This document shows, one piece after another, positions 23,308-35,362 of a stretch of DNA of 64,000 bases; within the stretch, counting starts at the first letter, position 1, and each line of letters opens with the position of its first letter. The DNA comes from an uncultured Nitrososphaerales archaeon (GTDB lineage: Archaea; Thermoproteota; Nitrososphaeria; Nitrososphaerales; Nitrososphaeraceae): contig CAVPXM010000073.1 of assembly GCA_963709405.1 (NCBI GenBank), positions 1 to 64,000 of the forward strand, given 5' to 3'. A program made the translations under genes and the position numbers. The notes under the pieces were generated by a model. It had not been told where the DNA came from. It was given only the letters and a program-made list of their open reading frames with translations, and did no database searches.

Positions 23308-23651
23308 TTACTACTTACCCAGCTTGCAGAACTTGGGCCCACCGTACAGTCCCACGCTGCTTCATCTGCATCACTTGAACTATGTAGACTTACGCTACAG
23401 AATCCATTTACATATCCTTTAACAAATTCCCATGTATGAAATTGAAAGCCCTTGCGTGGCTCTAAGATGTACCAATTAACGCCGTCCTTTTTCCCATCGC
23501 GCACCGTTGACCGTTGATATTTCCACTTTGGTTCTTTGTAGCCTATTCTTTTTAGTTTCTCGGTCTCTTTCTCATAATATTGTATATCCCTGAACAATGT
23601 TAAAGACACAAGCGCCGCACCATTCACGATTATCTTAACCAACGATCTCAT
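23304..23651 (-). CDS. Same family member with a non-family N-terminus
   Basis: NWYILEPRKGFQFHTWEFVKGYVNGFC...AWDCTVGPSSASW; 4-nt overlap with the next gene. Confidence 0.7.
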   Translation of the reverse strand: MRSLVKIIVNGAALVSLTLFRDIQYYEKETEKLKRIGYKEPKWKYQRSTVRDGKKDGVNWYILEPRKGFQFHTWEFVKGYVNGFCSVSLHSSSDADEAAWDCTVGPSSASWVSSK

Positions 23652-24164
23652 CTGATTGAGATCATATTTTACGATAACAATACATTTAGGCTTTTAAGAA
23701 GAAGATTCTAACTGTAGATATTTCCTACAGTATTGAGAGTTAAATAGAGTTAATATACCAATTTATTCGGTAAGTAACGATGCCCAAATCTCCTGTGAGT
23801 GTTTTAATCATTTTAGATCTCGTAATTTTAGATCTATCGGACAATTTCGGTTTTTTCTAATCGTTTTACACAATAATTTGTCACTTCGTACCACATCGAA
23901 AACCGCCAAAGAGATCGTGCTTAATCATCGCTCCAGCCATACATATAAGATTGTCAGTTTCGCCCCGCTGACGCTGCTGGACTTCATCACCTGCAAGACC
24001 AGCTACTGAATCTGTACCAGATCCTCCTATCAAATGGACAGAGCAGACTGAGCAAGATTATCATAATGCACTTAATGATATTTTCAAGATGTTTGACATA
24101 TTCAAATTCGGATTAAAAATAATGGAATCCGCGCAATGTGACCTATGGATGGAAATTATGAGGA

Positions 24165-24891
24165 ATGATGACTTTCCAATTCCTAAATCTAAACTTGGGT
24201 CTAAGACGTTGTATATTAGTATTATTTAGAGATGGATCACTAGGTTTGAGCGCTCATGACTTATTAGGAAAGGCAAAAGAATTCTGGTACAAATTTGATA
24301 ACCGATATGAAGGTAAGGAGTTTGGTGAGGAAGTTAAGGCAGCTATATCTTAATTGTTATCTTATGAAAAGCTTGGATCCATATATATATAATCTAGACT
24401 GGATGTTTTCTTTTTTAAGAGATGAAAATGAGGGCAGATCCACAAAATTATGAACAGTTATTCAGTACCGAAGTTCAAAAATACAAGGATGGAATTATGA
24501 AGTTAGCCAACGATCAAAGAGGAATAATCGATAACCATCTAAAAAGCTCATTGAAATTCAGCAAGCATTTGAGTTGTTTGGGCAGGGAGTGCTTTATGAT
24601 GAAAGACGTGGAACCGTTCATAAAATGGACGGCAGTGATCCATTTGTGGGTTACGCAAGATGGCATGGGTTCATAAGGGCCAGCGTTTCGGTAGGACAAG
24701 ACATTGATTATTGGTTAAAACTTGACAGGTATCTATTAGTTGCATACATGCTTCAATCAAAACTTAAGCCACTTGAAACTAAACAAGATAATCCGTATAT
24801 ACTTAAAAAAGATTTAAGTAACTATCAATCATCTTGCCTGTCACTCGATTTTAAGAAACTCGATGAAGAATTTATTCACTATTTTTCTTAG
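24165..24891 (+). pseudogene. Hypothetical protein broken into several ORFs
   Basis: Consecutive same-strand ORFs 24165, 24422, 24574 (FGQGVLYDERR..HKMD..GYARWHGFIRA). Confidence 0.5.
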
Positions 24892-24933
24892 TAGAGCATG
24901 TAATAAGTTCAACACATTGGGACTATACTTAAC

Positions 24934-25078
24934 TTTTTAACTCATCCGGATTAATCATCCCGGACATAACGTTATAATACGATATGGGGAGTGGCGTGTT
25001 ATAAATATTATCTGCATCCTAATGTAAACTGATGTCACAGGATGGTGATAAAATTTATGTATGCTGTTTATCATGAGG
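24934..25078 (+). repeat. Dispersed direct repeat, copy 1 (TATA box + 14-codon ORF 25032..25076)
   Basis: Aligns with 26063-26216. Confidence 0.75.
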
Positions 25079-25181
25079 CGGATCAAATATCGTATTCTAT
25101 GAATAAAACATTACCCTTAGTCGTATATATCCAATCGTGCTTAACCATGACTGAGAGACGAGCAGATGAGAGATCAAATGT

Positions 25182-25330
25182 TCATTTTACTGTTAAATGG
25201 TACGTTACCTCATTTACGTATCCTGTAGGGTTAACTTCTGATGGCGGAGTGCTCCCGCTAAAATGAACTGTATGAGATCCTGGAGATAAAATCTTTAACA
25301 TAACATACCATCCGTCAGCATAACAAAAAG
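25182..25330 (-). pseudogene. C-terminal fragment of a paralog of 17039..17779
   Basis: ADGWYVMLKILSPGSHTVHFSG...VTYHLTVK vs ADTYFIFLKPLSSGKHVFTFSG...IKYNLIVG. Confidence 0.75.
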
Positions 25331-25516
25331 AAACGATGAGAGCAACGATTACCGTCCGCAAGTTGTGCAATGAATCGAGGTGTTGTGTCCAATTCTCTAA
25401 CTTGCCCTCAGACGATAATGCAAGTGCTCTAGCTAGAGACCCATTGAGATTTTATCGTCTTTTGTAGACTTATCACTAAAGTCTATCCCATCGTCGTAAT
25501 CATATTATACTATGTC

Positions 25517-25790
25517 TTAGTAACGGTAGGAGTTTACTTCAAGTACGGCTTGTGGTATTCCCTTCTTTAAGTCATCAAGGCTCATTATAGGATGGAACTC
25601 TACATTAGCACCCATTCCACTAAACAGCGGTTCGGCCAAGACGGGTATCTGATCTGCACTCTGGATATCAACAATAAATGCGAGCCACCCTATTCCCATC
25701 ATCTTCAAAGAAATATGTTGCTTCGGCCTTGACTTTATTTATATATATTTCAAGTTTTCTCAAAAAGTTTGGGTCCTGAATGTGTGCCAT
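25517..25790 (-). pseudogene. DUF3303/GYD-like small protein, frameshifted
   Basis: KVKAEATYFFE/AFIVDIQSADQIPVLAEPLFSGMGANVEFHPIMSLDDLKKG. Confidence 0.6.
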
Positions 25791-26062
25791 ATTTTTATTA
25801 ACTGTTCAACCTCTGCCATTCCCCGATTTTAAATCATTGATAATCGTGATCAATTCTTTGGAACTCTCCATTATTAACCAAATTAGCTATACACGTACAT
25901 GACAAAACCAGTCTGAGCTCAATAAGGCTATCTATCAAGATTCGTGATGAACTTAATATCTCTGTCGACCCCCAATTGATGACATCTATAGATAGTAACA
26001 GCTATCGATGAGAATCAACATACTAATTCCGTTAATATGCAATAAGTTTGACCCTTCGGATT

Positions 26063-26216
26063 TTTTAACACATACTTCACAATCATCCAAGAAATAGCGT
26101 TATAATATGATATGTGGGATGCCAGGTTATAAATATTATCTAAAATACTGCATCATAGGTGTTGACTGATGTCCAAGGATGATGATAAAATCTATGTATG
26201 CTGTATATCATGATGC
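26063..26216 (+). repeat. Dispersed direct repeat, copy 2 (TATA box + 14-codon ORF 26169..26213)
   Basis: Aligns with 24934-25078. Confidence 0.75.
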
Positions 26217-27849
26217 ACCCAGTAATTACAGCTATCGGAAATATGGATGGCAAAAATAAGACGGAATTTGCCAAGCAGCTATATCAAAGTGGAGTCTATG
26301 AAACTGAAAATTAGGCACTACTAACATTTATACATTAAAAATATTAACACCTTTAGATGCACATAACATCAGTAGTAATCAAAAAGCAGGCCATGCCCGT
26401 GCGATGCCAGAGGTGTTAGCCAGTGCATTAGGTTATTTTGATTCAGCAGTTGATACGATTGCTTTTGCTGAATTCCGAAGTATCAGAATGTCAGTTTGCA
26501 TGATTATAAACTTACAAGTCACACTTTCTCAGATCATGCAGGAAATCACAATCACTCAACAACCACAATCAGTCACTCTTATTTGCTTCGCTTTAAGCAA
26601 GATATATTAGGTGAATTTTGTATATGAACTATGCAATCAGAAAATGATCGGCAACTTTTTAGTTTGTACTAGTTGCTATTTGTATCGCATCAATAGTTAA
26701 TTGTATTACTATTGCCTTAGCACAGTATAAACAAAATACACCATTCAATCCGTCTACCGGCCAGTCTCCGTCATCGTTGTCGCCACCATCACCATCAACT
26801 TTCATCACCACCCCCACCATTTCCGAGTGCAAGACATCCAGCTAATGCAGAAAATGGTACTGTTATTGCTAATCCAAGACCCAATACTGTCAGTCCTTCT
26901 AGCCTCACTGCTTCACCAATTACTAAATAGAATCGGTGAAATGTGAATGTGAATACTACATCAATTCCATCGTACTGATAATAGTGACGTGGTATTAGGT
27001 AGTGTTAGAAGGATTCGCCAAAAAATATCATTAAATCTCCTCTCTTCCATTCTACGCAAGGATAATAATTTGTCTTTGACTTTATGACTGACTCTGATAT
27101 AAGTAACGGCTGGATCATATCGTGCTCAGTTTGGCCTCGCCATTTTATAAATAATATTGACAACGTTGTCGTTATTTATTTTAACCTATATTAGAGATAA
27201 AGTGCATATAACTATTAACGACAGGGTGTTGAAACTAGATTAGTAGGAGATAAGCTTCGTATTTTAATAAATCGAATTATAACAGCACCTCCAAATGCAA
27301 CTTGTTACGATAAAGGATGGCAATGGCTTTTCAATTGCATATGGCAGTACTCCTCTTGTACCTGATGGCTTAGCACATTATTCTCGTTATTTACCAATAG
27401 CACAAAAGGCAATTGAATCTTTGAAAGTAAGATAACTCACATATGTCTATTTTAGTACCAGTAGAACACAAATATCACAACTACAGATCGGAGTTGGAGT
27501 CACTGGACGCAAAGATGAGTTAGCAAGACGGTTCGAAAATAACAGGACTGTTTTAGTAAGATTAGAAAAGCACTTGCAGAACAGAGTCACTATCATTTCT
27601 AGTGTGAAGAGTGCGATACATCATTTACCTCTCAGCAAGGACTAGAGCAGCATGAAAAGTATGCCAGTTATAGAAGGAAAGTTGCTGCTGGCAATAATAT
27701 ATGCAGATCTGATTTTAGATGGTATCTTATTAGTTCTGAACATCAGGGCATATTTAATAAATTTACAAATAAAATAAAATAAAATATAAAGTGGAATCCC
27801 AGTAGGCTATATCGTCAGAATTAGCCAGACAGCCAGTTATATCGCTCTA

Positions 27850-28113
27850 TTGAATGTTAACATAAATGCAATCAAGACCCCCGAGCTGCTAGAAGAAGCA
27901 AATAGGATTGCTACAAACCATGCAGAAGGCTGTCTTAAGGGAATTGAGAATGCACAAAGAAGACTTGAGCAACTTGCAGCAACCACACTCGAACAAGTAG
28001 AACAAAGCAGAAAACAACTCTCCGATTGGATAAGTTATAAAGTGCGTGTAATTTTGATGTTAAATAAGACATCCATAATCAAAATGGTTACGACCAAAAC
28101 CGTTACCAAATAA
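27850..28113 (+). CDS. Hypothetical coiled-coil protein or remnant
   Basis: Helical, charged 87-aa ORF. Confidence 0.35.
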   Translation: MNVNINAIKTPELLEEANRIATNHAEGCLKGIENAQRRLEQLAATTLEQVEQSRKQLSDWISYKVRVILMLNKTSIIKMVTTKTVTK

Positions 28114-28552
28114 AGAAGAAGATATACCATGAAGGATAAATGAAGAACATATCCGAATGGTGGGTGGAAATTTCATGTCAAGTATGTAATCTATTCATTT
28201 GTCACTTAATACGGTTTGTCCACATTTGCATATGAATCGTTTAGGAGTTTTATCTAATCTGCAGCGGTCAAGATCTTATGCTAGGCCAGAAGCCCAATTA
28301 GCAGGTTTAGTTTTGTTATATGGATCGTATTGATTCTAAATAATCAGTCCTTTTAGTTCGTTGAAGCGAAACAGGAAGTCTGGCACTGATAACTAAAAAT
28401 AATATGGGGTCATGCGCATATGATGCGCTCATCAGATAATGTTAACTTCCTAAGCATTATTGAAGCAATACCGTCATAGTCATCATCACAGTAATAATGC
28501 TCTAAGGTACAACTGTTAGACTAAACTGTCTTTACAATTATCTGTCAAAATT

Positions 28553-28921
28553 TTGTTTGTGGTGATAAGTATGGACTTGCTAGTAGAAATCGCCAATACT
28601 CGTAACCTGATGAACAAAATATTAATTGTTGGCAGATTGCTATCCGAAAACAAGGGAATAGATACGATGATAAAGTTCAGTATTAAAAATCCAAGCTTAC
28701 ATCATATAATAGTATGTGGTGCTGATGTAAAGGGTCATAGATCTGGCCAAGCGTTATTATCCTTGCACAAAAATGGGGTAAATAAGCAAGGTAGAATTTT
28801 GGGCGTAACTGCCCCTTATCCTCTCTTGTCCTGTTCTCGCATGGAGATTCAATTATTTAGAAGACAAACACTCGTTCATGTAATCCAAATATTCTACTCA
28901 TCTTCATGTAATATATTGTAG
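28553..28921 (+). pseudogene. MtrA/MtxA-like corrinoid-protein fragment
   Basis: GRLLSENKGID...NPSLHHIIVCGADVKGHRSGQALLSLHKNG. Confidence 0.8.
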
Positions 28922-29307
28922 ATTCGTTTCATCATTTCTTCATTTTTCATAGGTTTTAATATGAAGTATTTCTCGTCTAAATCGCGATTGTCTCTATATT
29001 CCTCGTAGAATAACTCACTTGCAGTAACAAAGCAGACTTTGACTTCATTATCGATTTCTTTCATCTTTTGGTACAATTCAAATCCGCCTATTTTAGGCAT
29101 CTTGATATCCAAGAGTAAAAGGTCAAATTTGCCAGGTTTAAAATTCTGTAATGCTAAAAGCGGATCGGTGTAAGCCTCTGTTTCAAATCCGTTCTCTTCT
29201 AAAAGGGTTCTTAGAGTCATATTGGCATCGGGTTCATCATCGACTACAAGGATCATATTGCTCTTATTTCTTCTCCTCCCCTTGCTATCCTTACTTTTGG
29301 AAGTCAT
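28894..29307 (-). CDS. Single-domain response regulator
   Basis: VVDDEPD, LLDIKMP, FVTA, LKP. Confidence 0.95.
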   Translation of the reverse strand: MTSKSKDSKGRRRNKSNMILVVDDEPDANMTLRTLLEENGFETEAYTDPLLALQNFKPGKFDLLLLDIKMPKIGGFELYQKMKEIDNEVKVCFVTASELFYEEYRDNRDLDEKYFILKPMKNEEMMKRIYNILHEDE

Positions 29308-29326
29308 AATGAATTTTCCTCATTTT

Positions 29327-31232
29327 TTATCGTCGCTCTTGCTGTTGCTCGATTTGGGATTTTTGCACTGGATAGTCCTGACTTGGAGTCTTCGAGTTAT
29401 TAGAAGTGGGGATTGTAAATGAGAAGACTGCCCCTCCTGAACCAGTAATATTATTCCTAGCCCATATCTTGCCACCATGTGCCTCGACAATATTCTTCGA
29501 AATGAACAAACCTAATCCTGTTCCATGATATGATTTTGAAACAAATTTTATAAATAGTTTGGAAAATACCTCGGGATCTATGCCTGGCCCGTTATCCTCA
29601 ACGGTTACGACAAGAATTCTGTCACTATCTCCTTCAATACCTTTACCTATTTTTTCTGTAGTTCCCTTAGCGCATATCGTGTGATGATTTAAAACGCCCA
29701 ATTTGATAATAATTCTACCTCCTTCTTCTGTGAATTTGATTGCATTGCTTATTAGGTTCCACAGCACTTGAGATATTCTGGTTTTGTCAGCATCAATAAA
29801 GACGGATCTATCCTTGTTATCACTTCCAAGTGATTCGTATATTATTTCTCTTGTTCTGTTGCCTGAATTCATATCCCTTGTTTGCGCTTCAAATTCCTGA
29901 ACAGTATTTACTATAATATCATCTAAATCAAATCTTTCTTTTTTTAGTCTCAGGGCTTGGCTCTCTATCTTTGTTACATCTAGTATATCTTCTGTAAGTC
30001 TACTTAACCGAATGGCGTTCCTGATAACAGTATCTAACATTTCTAGATAACGCTTTACATTGAATTTCATATCATCTTTATCTATAGAGTGAGTACAATC
30101 CTTTGATATTCTGGAGTATAGGATCTCAGACAGACCAAGGATTGGCACGATTGGAGTTCTTAGCTCATGAGCTGCTACATTAATGAAATCCTTTCGCATT
30201 TTATCATTAATCTTTAATTGTTCATAGACTTTTACTTGATTCCACAAGCTCTCAAATATTGTAACGTAGGACGCGACCGTTGGTTTGCTAGTGGAAAGAG
30301 TGGCCAATCCGATCGCTTCAACAAAACTTTCTTTAGAATCATCTAGCTTTTCAATTACCAGGCTTGATTTTCTGTCGACTACCAGAATCGTTACGGTGGT
30401 AACTGCAGTTCCAGCAAATTCACTATAATCGATACGCTGGATATTAAAATTGTAGCATTTCATATTTTTTATTTGCTCTATGATTGAATCAAGAACATTA
30501 CTGGTAGGAGCTATGATCCTCACATTAACCCCTTTCTCCCCTGCTGTAGCTAGCTTGGATCAATTGGTCGATTATCCCCACGTGTTGCTCACGTAGAAAT
30601 GCATTGGCAGTAGGACATAACAATAAAACTTCCTCTTTGGCGGACTTTACCATATCGACGAATGCTTCTTTTGTAATTTGTGCATCCTGAAGCACTTCTG
30701 TAGTACCCAGAACAATACCTTCTTCAATTTCTGTAATCTTTTGTTCAGCTGGAATGGACCGATTCCAGAAACTTTCAAATATATATTGCTGTTGCTCTAT
30801 TACTTCCTTAACGTTGCAATATATGAGTTGTGGAACAGCTTGTTTCTCTATTATATTGGCAACAGCCAGATATGCATTTCCATCGCAAATTCCGAAGTTG
30901 CCCTTAATTCCATCTATATGTCGCAGCTCGGTTACGATATCCAATAGCTCCTTACAGTAGTGCAAATTGAATGAGTTAATTTCAGTGATGAAGCGTATCT
31001 TTATTCCTCTTCTCTTAAAATCATGATATGCTCTCCTTAAAGGCTCAAAGCCCATACAAACTGATGGTGAGATAGAGTCTCCGCATGCATCAAATTTGTT
31101 CTTAATATTATAAAAAACATCCAAGGACTTGTTAGTGGCCTCTTCTCCATACAAAACTCGTGTAATACCTGTATCCAATTTTTTGTCGTCACCATCGTCT
31201 TCTCCCGAAGCCGTAGTGACCTGTGGAGACAT
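29327..31232 (-). CDS. Cytoplasmic sensor histidine kinase (one frameshift near 30525)
   Basis: FINVAAHELRTP, NLISNAIKF, DNGPGI, GTGLGL; N-terminal domains parallel those of 11399..13079. Confidence 0.92.
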
Positions 31233-31344
31233 TAGTTGTATAGTGATTTATATTCAAATCATTATATAAAAATATTTGAATAGTCTTTATAAAGACGAAC
31301 GGACAAAACTCACGCGACGACACTGGTAACATTCGCTTCGTTCC

Positions 31345-31836
31345 TCAGTCTAATTCTGCTTCTACGATCTTTATCAGATTATTTACCTTGATTGGCTTTT
31401 TAACGAAGCAACCCATGCTTATTTTCGGATATAGGTCTCTAAGGGCATATAGATTTACCTCACCAGTAGACATGAAACAAATCCTGATATTGAGGTCTAG
31501 TTCCAAAATCTTTTTACACAATTCGAAGCCATTCATAAATGGCATGTTAATATCAACAAGAAGCAAATCATAATAATTTGACTTGAACTCAGCTAGTAAT
31601 GTGATAGGATTATTATATGTATGAACCTTATATCTCTTATTATTATTTTCCAAGGCCAATTTCAAAGTATAAGTAATATCAGGTTCATCATCGACAATCA
31701 GAATAGTTTTGTAATGTTGTTTCTCTAAACCTGTACGATGTACTTCATCTTGTTTTTGCTTCTCTAAAATAGAGTCAATGTTTTTTGATTTTATTGTAGG
31801 ATTCTTTTGGTGAGTTCCTCGAGTTATATCGCTCAT
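31345..31836 (-). CDS. Response regulator (REC with short N-terminal extension)
   Basis: IVDDEPD, VDINMPFMNG, KKP. Confidence 0.92.
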   Translation of the reverse strand: MSDITRGTHQKNPTIKSKNIDSILEKQKQDEVHRTGLEKQHYKTILIVDDEPDITYTLKLALENNNKRYKVHTYNNPITLLAEFKSNYYDLLLVDINMPFMNGFELCKKILELDLNIRICFMSTGEVNLYALRDLYPKISMGCFVKKPIKVNNLIKIVEAELD

Positions 31837-32738
31837 TATTCGGTTATCCTGCTCGCTTATCCTGGCTTGTCATTTCGAAATGATAAAGTACGTTTGTGCG
31901 CCACAACACTATATTATAAATCTAGTATAATAATGCAATGGCCAGAAGGCTCGTCTAGGCGATATATACCTGAATTAGATAAAAGATTCAGATATGCAGT
32001 AGAAGTTAGAAACAACTCATGGTTTCAGGACCCTATCTTATAGTTTTTTTGCTAATAACAATATGTGTATGGGTCTGGAGTCTACTCGCGGATATAAAAA
32101 TTCCACCAGTAGTTACAACAGACTTTCTCTACATAAGGTTCATTGGAGATAGGACTATACAAGAAAAAGCTTTTGGCAAAATACATAAAGATAGAATTTC
32201 AGAGTATCAGCAAATAATCATTATGCTGGTTTTGGTCCTGGAACTGCTAGCACATTCAGGAAAATGTTGGACATGTCAGAAGTAACATGGAAGCATGTTA
32301 AGGTGCCTCATACAGTAGAAGAATTACATAATAACCCAAAACAAACTACTCTATCAGATTTTTTGAAATGAGATATTATTCATGATAATGATGGACAATT
32401 CATATATATTGATCTCAAAAGTAGAACTCATGTTAAAACGTTACCATGAGAGTTAGGTAAAATAAGAGATTACAGACATATGCCTAGAAAAGTAGTGTTT
32501 ATAATTAATATCCAATATCGTCGTTGTAACGCCAAAAGGTTCGTTCATACCCATTATATTCACATAAACTTTTCCAATCAAAGCAAATACTCCAAGCCCA
32601 ATAACTGCTCGCATTAATAACAAATGGCCCTCTCTATCAATTGAGCAGTTATTTATAACTTACCTACTTAGGTGCTAAATACCAACCAAGTTCTATCATA
32701 CTACTGAACTTAAATAATATATTATTTCTATATTACAC

Positions 32739-33415
32739 TTGAGAACAGGAAAAGAAACTAATCATCTGACTAACAAACAGGAACAAGATACTATTCACGT
32801 CTAGTTTCTCGTATTATAGATAGTATTGAGACAATAGAAGGTGGAGGCTTTATTGTACATGGGCCATTTCCAACTGATACTCTTTCCGATTTCGACCCAT
32901 TTCTTTTATTAGACGAAATGGGTCCTAAAAATTGGAAGCAAGGGGAAGCAAAAGGAGCACCCGACCATCCTCATCGTGGATTTGAAACAATAACATATAT
33001 GATTGAAGGTAAATTTGCTCATAAGGATTCTAGAGGAAATTCAGGCAAACTTGGACCAGGTGATATACAATGGATGACTGCGGGAGCAGGCGTTATTCAT
33101 TCTGAAATGCCAGACGAAGAATTTACTCGAGTAGGCGGAATATTACATGCATTTCAACTATGGGTTAACTTGCCACGACGTGATAAAATGATAAAACCTC
33201 GTTACCAAGATATTTCATCTTCGAAAATTCCTGTAGCACAAACTGAAGATGGTGCTGTGAAAGTTAAAGTTATTGCAGGTGAAGCATTAGGCGCACGTGC
33301 TATGATAGACACACGTACCCCAATCTTTTATCTTCATTTCACTCTACAACCAGGTGCCAAAGTGGTACAAGCAATTCCAAGAGAGTATAACGCTTTTGCA
33401 TACTCTTCAGCATAA
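32739..33415 (+). pseudogene. Pirin-family protein, C-terminally truncated
   Basis: DPFLLLDEMGP, HPHRGFETITY, QWMTAGAGVIHSE, QLWVNLP. Confidence 0.9.
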
Positions 33416-33788
33416 GTGATGAAGAATCAATTAATGGCTGTCTTTCTGCTAGTGTTCCTCGATCTGAGAACTTTGCTCGGTAAAGGAAACGGTACCTAAC
33501 TACGTGTTGGGACTCTATCGATATCCTCACTTACAGACATGCCTTCGTGTTCAGTCACCGGTTTTTAGTGATGCGGTGTCCTTGAAAATTTTAGCATCCA
33601 ATTAGAATCAATGTACTATGAGACCCTGTGGTTATAATTGTTACGGTACAAAGGCAAACAAAGTAACGTTATCCTCACCACTCAATGAGAAAATACATTG
33701 AAAAATATTTGAGGATAAATACTCCTCCTAAACAAATCAGCGTGTAAAGTTATTCCTGATTCAAAAACAAAAATTAGGATAAAGTAAC

Positions 33789-34076
33789 CTAATGCATTGT
33801 CATTACTAGCATAGATGAATACCAATCGGCTGTTAATTTATGGGCCATCGCACTCATTAAATCACCTGATTTTATATTCGAGTGTGCCTGTTCCTGTTCT
33901 TCTTTGATTTTCTGAATGAAATATTCACGTTGACGTATTTGTTTTTGCTTAAATATATCGGCGATTGTTTTTTGAAATTTGCTCAAGTCAGCCGAAATTT
34001 TTTCATTAAGTTTACGGGTTAATTCATCTTGCTGTGCCTGTATTTCACGCATCTCATCATTAGCGATGGAATGCAT
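33789..34076 (-). CDS. Hypothetical coiled-coil ORF
   Basis: 95-aa helical ORF abutting the truncated kinase. Confidence 0.35.
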   Translation of the reverse strand: MHSIANDEMREIQAQQDELTRKLNEKISADLSKFQKTIADIFKQKQIRQREYFIQKIKEEQEQAHSNIKSGDLMSAMAHKLTADWYSSMLVMTMH

Positions 34077-35128
34077 TGATCGAGGAAAAGATTCTTAACA
34101 CCTCCTCCTGCGCTGAATTTATTAAATCAAATGCTCGTTTTATAGAATACGAGGGATTTGGAATAATTTCTATAGTAGCTGGTTCAACACCTTCTTCAAT
34201 ATCTCTTATCCTATCTTTAGCCTCAATTCCATTTTTCCATAGTTCTTCAAATATTGTTTTAAAATGACTGACATATGCTGGTTCGCTACTAAGCAATAGA
34301 CTTTGAACATTTTCGCCGCCATCCATCTTTTCTATGGTAGCTGCTTATTTCCTTATCTGAAACTTCAAAGCTCATCGGTGGCAGATTTTTAAGGTATCTT
34401 ATTTCTATGCCTGCATTAAGAAGCGTTTTTACTAAATTCATGTTGTCTTTATTTATGTCACTTAGGTATCTAATGCCTCTGTGCTCGCCTTTCTTTTGTT
34501 TGTCGAATAGCTGTTTCTTTATATCAAAAAAATGATTGTAGCTATATTGCATTCCACCGCCTGTCAAACAAGTACATACTTCAGTCGAGCTGGCAGTTAA
34601 TCGACTGATTTCTTTGATAATCTCTTGAGCATCCTCAATTACCCTAGTTTCATAATGTACTGTTCCCTCTTCTATTTCCTTAATTTTCTTTTCTGCATGT
34701 ATTGATTTGTTCCACAAAGTCTCGAAAATGTTCTGTTGCTGTTCTACAATTTCTCTAATATTTGTATGGATAGCTTGTTGATGCGGCTCACTCATGGTTA
34801 TAAAGCCTAAATACTCCCTTTCGTTGAGTAAGAGGTTAGCTTCAATTTCATTCATATGCCGTACCTCCGCGATTTTCATTAAATCCTTGCAGTATTGGAG
34901 GTTTTGCTGTGTAATTTCAAAGATATATCTTTGAACAGTGTATTTTCTATTATTGATATCCATCATTGCTGTCCTAATCGATTCAAAAGAAAAGATGAAA
35001 GAAGGAAATCTAGAATTACCATAGACATCCATTCTGTGCTCTGCGTTATAGAACATGTCTGATAGCGCATTTATGACTTCAGCACGATGTAATACCTTAA
35101 TCTTCGCGTTCATGATAACGCATCTCAA
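34060..35128 (-). pseudogene. N-terminal sensory domains of a histidine kinase, no kinase core
   Basis: IVEQQQNIFETLWNKSIHAEKKIKEIEEG and FEELWKNGIEAKDRIRDIEEG resemble the other HK N-termini. Confidence 0.8.
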
Positions 35129-35362
35129 CTGATTGGTAAGCTGAATGCAAATGTTGCACCTCCTTTTCCATCTACATTATTCTCATGCTATATTCTACCT
35201 TCCCTAGTGTCTCAATTTTGACAACTAACGACGACGGCATAGTGTAATCTACACATGCATCAATTATATTATTTGCTTTAGAAGTTTATGCGGGCATCCC
35301 TTGTGCCACGTTCCCATATTGAGACGATTCCATTATTATCTCGTGGATTCGGTCCAGTCATA

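Noticed and set aside
7351-23651. Diversity-generating retroelement behind the secreted family
   Set aside because: No reverse transcriptase here, and differences between copies are not restricted to adenines
25074-26213. Selenocysteine readthrough of the conserved TGA in the mini-ORFs
   Set aside because: Downstream codons are not conserved and stop within 3-9 codons; no SECIS evident
27603-27665. C2H2 zinc-finger gene (CEECDTSFTSQQGLEQH)
   Set aside because: Preceded by an in-frame stop, no start codon, second His missing; remnant at best
28553-28921. Evidence of methanogenesis
   Set aside because: Isolated MtrA-like fragment without mtr or mcr context
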